32,271 nt of DNA, from IMG/VR virus record IMGVR_UViG_2711768166_000002; one strand, given 5' to 3'. The position numbers and the translations under genes were made by a program. A model generated the notes under the pieces. That model had not been told where the DNA came from. It made no database searches and saw only the letters and a program-made list of their open reading frames with translations. Positions 28,016-32,271 of the stretch are shown piece after piece (the first letter of the stretch is position 1; each line of letters opens with the position of its first letter). Source of the DNA: a virus. Lineage: Duplodnaviria > Heunggongvirae > Uroviricota > Caudoviricetes.

Positions 28016-28984
28016 ATGAGTGAAGTAACAGATTTAGTTGTTATTGAAAAAGCAAATGCAATGACTGTATTTCAGTCTGCCGACCAGATTGAAGAAATCC
28101 TTCAAAAGGTTGAACGTGAAGTTATGTCCTTTGTGCCTGATATCACAACGGCAAAGGGCAGAAAGGAGATCGCTTCTCTGGCGTATAAAGTTGCGCAGAC
28201 GAAAACATATCTCGATGGTCTTGGCAAAGACCTTGTTGCTGAACTGAAGGAAATTCCAAAGCTAATTGATGCCAACCGCAAGACAGTGCGCGATCGCCTT
28301 GATGAACTGAAAGCCAAGGCGCGCCAGCCTCTTACTGATTATGAGGAAGAACAGGCGCGGATTAAAGCCGAAGAAGAAGCTAAGGCAGCAGCTGAAGCTC
28401 TCGCAAAGCAAATTGAGTCTGACCATGAAATAGCGATTTTGATGGATCGCGAATTTGACCGCCAAAGAGAAGAGGCAAGACTCAAAGCGGAGCAGGAAAA
28501 GCGAGAGCATGAAGAACGCTTACAAAGAGAAGCTGAAGAGAAAGCCAGAGCTGAAGCCGAAGCAAAGGCAAAAGCCGAAATTGAAGCAGCAGCAAGGCGA
28601 GAAGCAGAAGCTAAGGCCGCAGCGGAACGTGCAGAGCGTGAACGCATTGAAGCCGAGCAACGAGCACAGCGCGAAGCAAAAGAGGCAGCAGAACGAGCTG
28701 AAAGAGAAAAGCAGGCGGCAATTGAAGCAGAACGCCGAAAAGCACAGGAGGAGGCTGAACGAATCCGGCGCGAGGCTGAAGCAAAAGAGCAAGCCAGAAT
28801 AGCAGAAGAAAAAAGAATCAAGGACGAAGAAGAGCGTAGAGCAAAGGATAAAGCTCACCGGAAAGAAGTAAATAACAAAATACTTGCTGACCTTATCAAG
28901 GTTGGCGCACCAGAAGATGTTGCTAAAAATATCATAACAGCCATCGTAAAAGGCGAAGTATTCGCAACAAAAATAACCTACTAA
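28016..28984 (+). CDS. Coiled-coil protein with a long Ala/Glu/Lys/Arg-rich low-complexity central region (TolA-domain-II-like composition)
   Basis: 322 aa. GGAGG RBS. Central region of about 175 aa is AEAKAKAEIEAAARREAEAKAAAERAERERIEAEQRAQREAKEAAERAEREKQ-like repeats. Confidence 0.65.
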   Translation: MSEVTDLVVIEKANAMTVFQSADQIEEILQKVEREVMSFVPDITTAKGRKEIASLAYKVAQTKTYLDGLGKDLVAELKEIPKLIDANRKTVRDRLDELKAKARQPLTDYEEEQARIKAEEEAKAAAEALAKQIESDHEIAILMDREFDRQREEARLKAEQEKREHEERLQREAEEKARAEAEAKAKAEIEAAARREAEAKAAAERAERERIEAEQRAQREAKEAAERAEREKQAAIEAERRKAQEEAERIRREAEAKEQARIAEEKRIKDEEERRAKDKAHRKEVNNKILADLIKVGAPEDVAKNIITAIVKGEVFATKITY

Positions 28985-29008
28985 TAAAACCAACATAAGG
29001 AACCACCC

Positions 29009-29140
29009 ATGATTTACGCAATCGCGGGAGGCGCTCGCATGGGTGCCTTCCAATTAAATGAATCTTTACTTGAACGAATCACCCGTAAATTACGTGACGG
29101 ATGGAAAAGAGTTGAGGTCTTATTATGCGCAATGAAATAG
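29009..29140 (+). CDS. cIII: CIII (FtsH/HflB protease inhibitor), 43 aa
   Basis: Hand translation MIYAIAGGARMGAFQLNESLLERITRKLRDGWKRVEVLLCAMK; the core SLLERITRKLRDGWKR matches lambda CIII as recalled. AAGGA RBS. Confidence 0.8.
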   Translation: MIYAIAGGARMGAFQLNESLLERITRKLRDGWKRVEVLLCAMK

Positions 29141-29277
29141 CCATTAATCACCAGATGCTTCGTGCTGCACAGAACAAAGCAGTAATAGCCAGATTTATTG
29201 GTGATTCAAAAATGTGGTTTGAAGCAAATAAAGCGATGAAATCAGCTATCAACCTTCCGTGGTATCGCAGGAAATGA
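29125..29277 (+). CDS. kil: Kil-like host division inhibitor (50 aa)
   Basis: Hand translation MRNEIAINHQMLRAAQNKAVIARFIGDSKMWFEANKAMKSAINLPWYRRK; the IARFIGDSKMWFEA motif resembles lambda Kil as recalled. cIII-kil order as in lambda. Confidence 0.6.
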   Translation: MRNEIAINHQMLRAAQNKAVIARFIGDSKMWFEANKAMKSAINLPWYRRK

Positions 29278-29358
29278 GTTTTACAGATAACTGGTCAGAC
29301 GAAGAATTCATTCGTCAGATGAACAAAATGCTCAATCAGCACAAAGAACAGGAGAAAG

Positions 29359-29670
29359 ATGATGATTCTGACTCTGAATGATAAGCGTGAAATATCGCAA
29401 ATAATCGCAAGTTTTACTGATGAAGATTACGAACGAATCAACAGTGAAGTTGATCGTCTCTGCAAACGTTGCGACCCAATAAGCGAAATGCTTCGCTCAT
29501 ATAAACCAGATGAACACACTAAGGACGCTATCGACTGGCTGGAAGATGATGACTGTAACTATCAGGAAAAAGCCGCTGAATGGTTCTGGGATGCAATAAC
29601 CGAAAGAGTTAAGGCTGAATATGCCTTCGCAATATTCAAACGCAGACACATTTTTGGAGAAGCTGCATGA
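29359..29670 (+). CDS. Hypothetical acidic protein (103 aa) immediately upstream of recT; possible anti-RecBCD (Abc2-like) by position only
   Basis: ORF track; synteny only. Confidence 0.5.
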   Translation: MMILTLNDKREISQIIASFTDEDYERINSEVDRLCKRCDPISEMLRSYKPDEHTKDAIDWLEDDDCNYQEKAAEWFWDAITERVKAEYAFAIFKRRHIFGEAA

Positions 29671-30569
29671 GCAATATCGTTGAATTCGTTAAACAGCAGG
29701 AGCAGTTATTCTGCGGAGCATTGACTGAACAGACGGTGACATGGGCTAAGGAAAGCCAGTTTGCAATTCAGTATTTCCAGAAAAACGATTACCTGGCTAA
29801 AACAGCACTGGCAAATCCAACCAGCGCACAGAACGCCATCATCAATGTTGCGGCGATCGGCATCACCTTAAACCCGGCCAGCAAACTGGCTTATCTGGTT
29901 CCTCGCGACGGCATGGTGTGCCTTGATATCAGTTACATGGGATTACTTCATCTTGCGCAATCGACAGGATCAATTAAGTGGGGGCAATGCAAACTGGTGT
30001 ACTCAAACGACACCTATGAATCAAATGGCCTTGATTCAGCACCAACCCACAAATACAACGCATTTGGTGAGCGAGGCTCTATTGTTGGAGGTTATTGCAC
30101 GGTTAAAACAGCAGATGGTGACTACCTGACTGAAGAAATGAGTCTGGCAGAAATTAAAGCTGTGGAAGCAACGAGCAAGGCAAAGAATGGACCGTGGAAA
30201 ACATTCTGGGAAGAGATGGCGCGTAAAACAATAGTTAAACGCGCCAGCAAATACTGGCCTAAAGCCCAGCGACTGGATAATGCCATTCACCTTCTTAACG
30301 AAGATGAAGGTATGCATCAGGAACCAGTTATGCCGCACAAATCAGAGGAAGATATCCGCGAAGATGAACGGAAACGCCAGCAGGAAATAATGGATAAAGC
30401 ACAACTTCTTTGCGATGAAATGGCTCAGGCAGAAAACATGGATGATTTGAAGCGATATTTTGCAGAAGCATATCGCCTGACATCTGGAATGAAATTGCAG
30501 CAGAACGTACAAGCCATTTACGCAGAATGCAAAGCGAAACTGGAGGTTGCCAGTGAGCAAACTGTATGA
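29667..30569 (+). CDS. recT: RecT-family single-strand annealing recombinase
   Basis: 300 aa. Motifs ASKLAYLVP and GPWKTFWEEMARKTIVKRASKYWP match RecT (GPWVTHWEEMAKKTAIRRLFKYLP) as recalled. Confidence 0.9.
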   Translation: MSNIVEFVKQQEQLFCGALTEQTVTWAKESQFAIQYFQKNDYLAKTALANPTSAQNAIINVAAIGITLNPASKLAYLVPRDGMVCLDISYMGLLHLAQSTGSIKWGQCKLVYSNDTYESNGLDSAPTHKYNAFGERGSIVGGYCTVKTADGDYLTEEMSLAEIKAVEATSKAKNGPWKTFWEEMARKTIVKRASKYWPKAQRLDNAIHLLNEDEGMHQEPVMPHKSEEDIREDERKRQQEIMDKAQLLCDEMAQAENMDDLKRYFAEAYRLTSGMKLQQNVQAIYAECKAKLEVASEQTV

Positions 30570-31035
30570 AATTGCCAATGAATACGCAAAATTGATGGAT
30601 TCAGATTTAGAACCAGAGATGATTGCTGACACAATAGAAGGCATGGAAGGAGAATTTACCGATAAAATAGAGCAACTTCTTTCCGTCATTAAAAATGAAT
30701 CTGGTTATGCTGAACGCCTCAAGGAAGAGGCAAAGTCGCTGAATGAGCGAGCCGCAGTAATTCAAAATAAGATTGACAGCATCAAATCATATATAGCGTC
30801 ATCGCTTGAAATGGTTGGCAAGAAAAAGATTAGAGCAGGTATTCACCAGGTAACAATCCGCAAACCGTCAGAAACTGTAGAAATCATCGACTCAAGCGCC
30901 CTTCCTCCTGAATACGTTGAGTTCGAAACGACAATTAAAGCCGACAAGTTGGCAATCAAGCACCAACTAAAAGCAGGAATAAATATCCCCGGCGCTCAAC
31001 TCAAGGTTGGGAAACCTTCACTTCTTATCAAATAA
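30547..31035 (+). CDS. Sipho_Gp157-family protein (recombination-module accessory)
   Basis: Pattern KLYEIANEYAKLMD...GKKKIRAGIHQVTIRKPSETVEIID...LPPEYVEF...DKLAIKHQLKAGINIPGAQL fits the Gp157 family. Likely GTG start at 30553 with GGAGG 6 nt upstream. Confidence 0.7.
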   Translation: MPVSKLYEIANEYAKLMDSDLEPEMIADTIEGMEGEFTDKIEQLLSVIKNESGYAERLKEEAKSLNERAAVIQNKIDSIKSYIASSLEMVGKKKIRAGIHQVTIRKPSETVEIIDSSALPPEYVEFETTIKADKLAIKHQLKAGINIPGAQLKVGKPSLLIK

Positions 31036-31046
31036 CGGTATCGACT

Positions 31047-31361
31047 ATGAAAAAGACTCCATGGGAGAAATGGGAAGTCGATTTCTTGCGCGAAGTAGCG
31101 GCGACAATGCCAGTTCAAGTTATCGCTGAAAAACTGGAAAGGACTGAAAAAGCAGTAATGGCAAAAGCAACAAGGATTGGCGCTGACATTGTTAGCCGAC
31201 TTCGTGGAAGACGCTGGACAAGAGCCGAAGTATCACTTTTCGGTAAGTTCTCCGCAGAAGAAATAGCAATTGCAACCTGCCGCTCAATTTATTCAGTAAG
31301 AGCTATGCGATACAAGCTAAAAAAACTCGATGAAGAAAGAGCAGGCATACGAATAAATTAA
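31047..31361 (+). CDS. Hypothetical protein (104 aa), possibly DNA-binding
   Basis: ORF track. Confidence 0.5.
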   Translation: MKKTPWEKWEVDFLREVAATMPVQVIAEKLERTEKAVMAKATRIGADIVSRLRGRRWTRAEVSLFGKFSAEEIAIATCRSIYSVRAMRYKLKKLDEERAGIRIN

Positions 31362-31377
31362 CATGGAGTAATTAACA

Positions 31378-31659
31378 ATGAAGCTAAACATCGACCTCGG
31401 AAAATACGTTATTACCGGAACCAAACACGACCTGATTCTTAGTGAAAGAGGAATTATCAAAGAAGGCGAGAATGCAGGGAAAGAAACACTAAGTCGTATC
31501 GGTTATTACAGCAAGTTTGAGCATCTGGTTAAAGAGTTATGCAACCGTGAAATCCTGTTATCTCAGGCGCAGACGCTACAGGATATTCAGCAGCATATCG
31601 AAACTTTAGGTATGTCACTTAGCATGGCTATTGACCAGTTAGTGGAGAGTAAATCATGA
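31378..31659 (+). CDS. Hypothetical protein (93 aa)
   Basis: ORF track; ATGA overlap with the next small ORF. Confidence 0.5.
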   Translation: MKLNIDLGKYVITGTKHDLILSERGIIKEGENAGKETLSRIGYYSKFEHLVKELCNREILLSQAQTLQDIQQHIETLGMSLSMAIDQLVESKS

Positions 31660-31820
31660 GAGGACTTGCATACAATCCCGGCATTCTTCCGGCAGAAATG
31701 ATTATTCGCCAACGAGTAAAGCCAATGCCATCGAGAGAGGAATTGCTTAAGAGAAATTCTTTTCCTTCAGTAAATCAAAACAAATATCTGAATGCGATGT
31801 GGCGGAGTGGGAAGAAATGA
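31656..31820 (+). CDS. Small hypothetical protein (54 aa)
   Basis: Hand translation [54 protein letters not shown]; ATGA overlaps at both ends. Confidence 0.35.
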   Translation: MRGLAYNPGILPAEMIIRQRVKPMPSREELLKRNSFPSVNQNKYLNAMWRSGKK

Positions 31821-32271
31821 AACAAATGTCACTAATTGAGATGGATGGATTTCTGAAAGGTAAATGCATCCCACGAGATTTAAAGGTTAACGAAACAAAC
31901 GCTGAATATCTGGTGCGTAAGTTCGGTGAGCTTGAATCAAAACTGGAAACGGCGTTGCGGGAGTGTCGTTCTGCTGGAATCACGATTGATAACCTTGAGG
32001 CCAAGTGCGCGGCGCTGGCAGCGGAGAGTGCGGGGCTAAAGGCGATATGTGATGACCGTCGCAGGTTCATCATGAATGGGGTGCAGATGGGTTATATCAA
32101 GGTGCCAGCAGCGGAAACAGATCCAGACCTTGAGACAATTCGCATTGCTATATCACCACAAAAGCCCATTCCAGCCACTGATGCTTTCCTGTCTGAAGTG
32201 CGGGCGCAGGGGGTGGATGCTGCTATAGAAGCTGCAAAAAATCTGGTGGTCCAAGAATATGAGTATAAGGA
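31817..32271 (+). CDS. Hypothetical protein, 5' part only (runs off the right edge)
   Basis: Hand translation [63 protein letters not shown]... is open to the window end. Not in the ORF track because it lacks a stop. Confidence 0.5.
   Translation, partial: MKQMSLIEMDGFLKGKCIPRDLKVNETNAEYLVRKFGELESKLETALRECRSAGITIDNLEAKCAALAAESAGLKAICDDRRRFIMNGVQMGYIKVPAAETDPDLETIRIAISPQKPIPATDAFLSEVRAQGVDAAIEAAKNLVVQEYEYK

Noticed and set aside
28339-29053. Long minus-strand ORFs (160 aa and 177 aa) rich in Ser/Ala/Cys/Phe
   Set aside because: They are antisense to the coiled-coil gene's low-complexity repeats and have no RBS. They are frame artefacts of the repetitive GC-biased coding sequence.
29274-29381. 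35-aa ORF (MSFTDNWSDEEFIRQMNKMLNQHKEQEKDDDSDSE) between kil and the 103-aa gene
   Set aside because: Too short and low-complexity to call without conservation data. It may be a real translationally coupled peptide, but it is not supportable from sequence alone.
31747-32073. Minus-strand 108-aa ORF
   Set aside because: It is antisense to an open plus-strand reading frame that belongs to the overlapping ATGA-coupled chain of early-left genes. No RBS.
1-32271. Integrase, excisionase or att sites
   Set aside because: None recognised. The right edge is still inside the early-left operon and the left edge is inside the tailspike gene, so the prophage ends lie outside the window.

Overview
The window is almost entirely one P22-like/lambdoid podovirus prophage of an enterobacterium, in inverted orientation relative to the usual P22 map; the integrase and att sites are outside the window. 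All protein identifications below rest on reading the translations and recalling known phage families; no database search was run, and GC statements are by eye. Left to right: a truncated tailspike gene (minus strand, runs off the left edge); an orphan mnt repressor with a palindromic operator and no arc/ant; a divergent pair of exported-protein genes; ejection proteins (gp16, gp20, gp7), tail hub genes (gp14, needle, gp10, gp4) and Sf6-type coat, scaffold, portal and terminase; a lambda-type lysis cassette (S, R, Rz/Rz1), the pR'/qut/6S region, Q and a nin region; a DnaB-like helicase and an O-like initiator with ori iterons inside the gene; cII, P22-type cro and c2 with OR and OL/PL, and N with nutL/nutR; then the early-left operon with accessory genes, cIII, kil, RecT and a Gp157-family protein. 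The genome is a mosaic of Sf6-like virion genes, lambda-like lysis/Q/nin genes and a P22-like immunity region. The best candidates for an undescribed system are the accessory (moron) slots: (1) a low-GC gene for a T5orf172/GIY-YIG-like domain protein between Rz and the terminase genes; (2) two AT-rich genes in the ral/sieB slot just after N, each followed by a terminator and each preceded by the same 13-nt junction motif; (3) the lipoprotein plus secreted protein pair in the sieA slot; and (4) a small membrane protein and an acidic protein in the ren slot.
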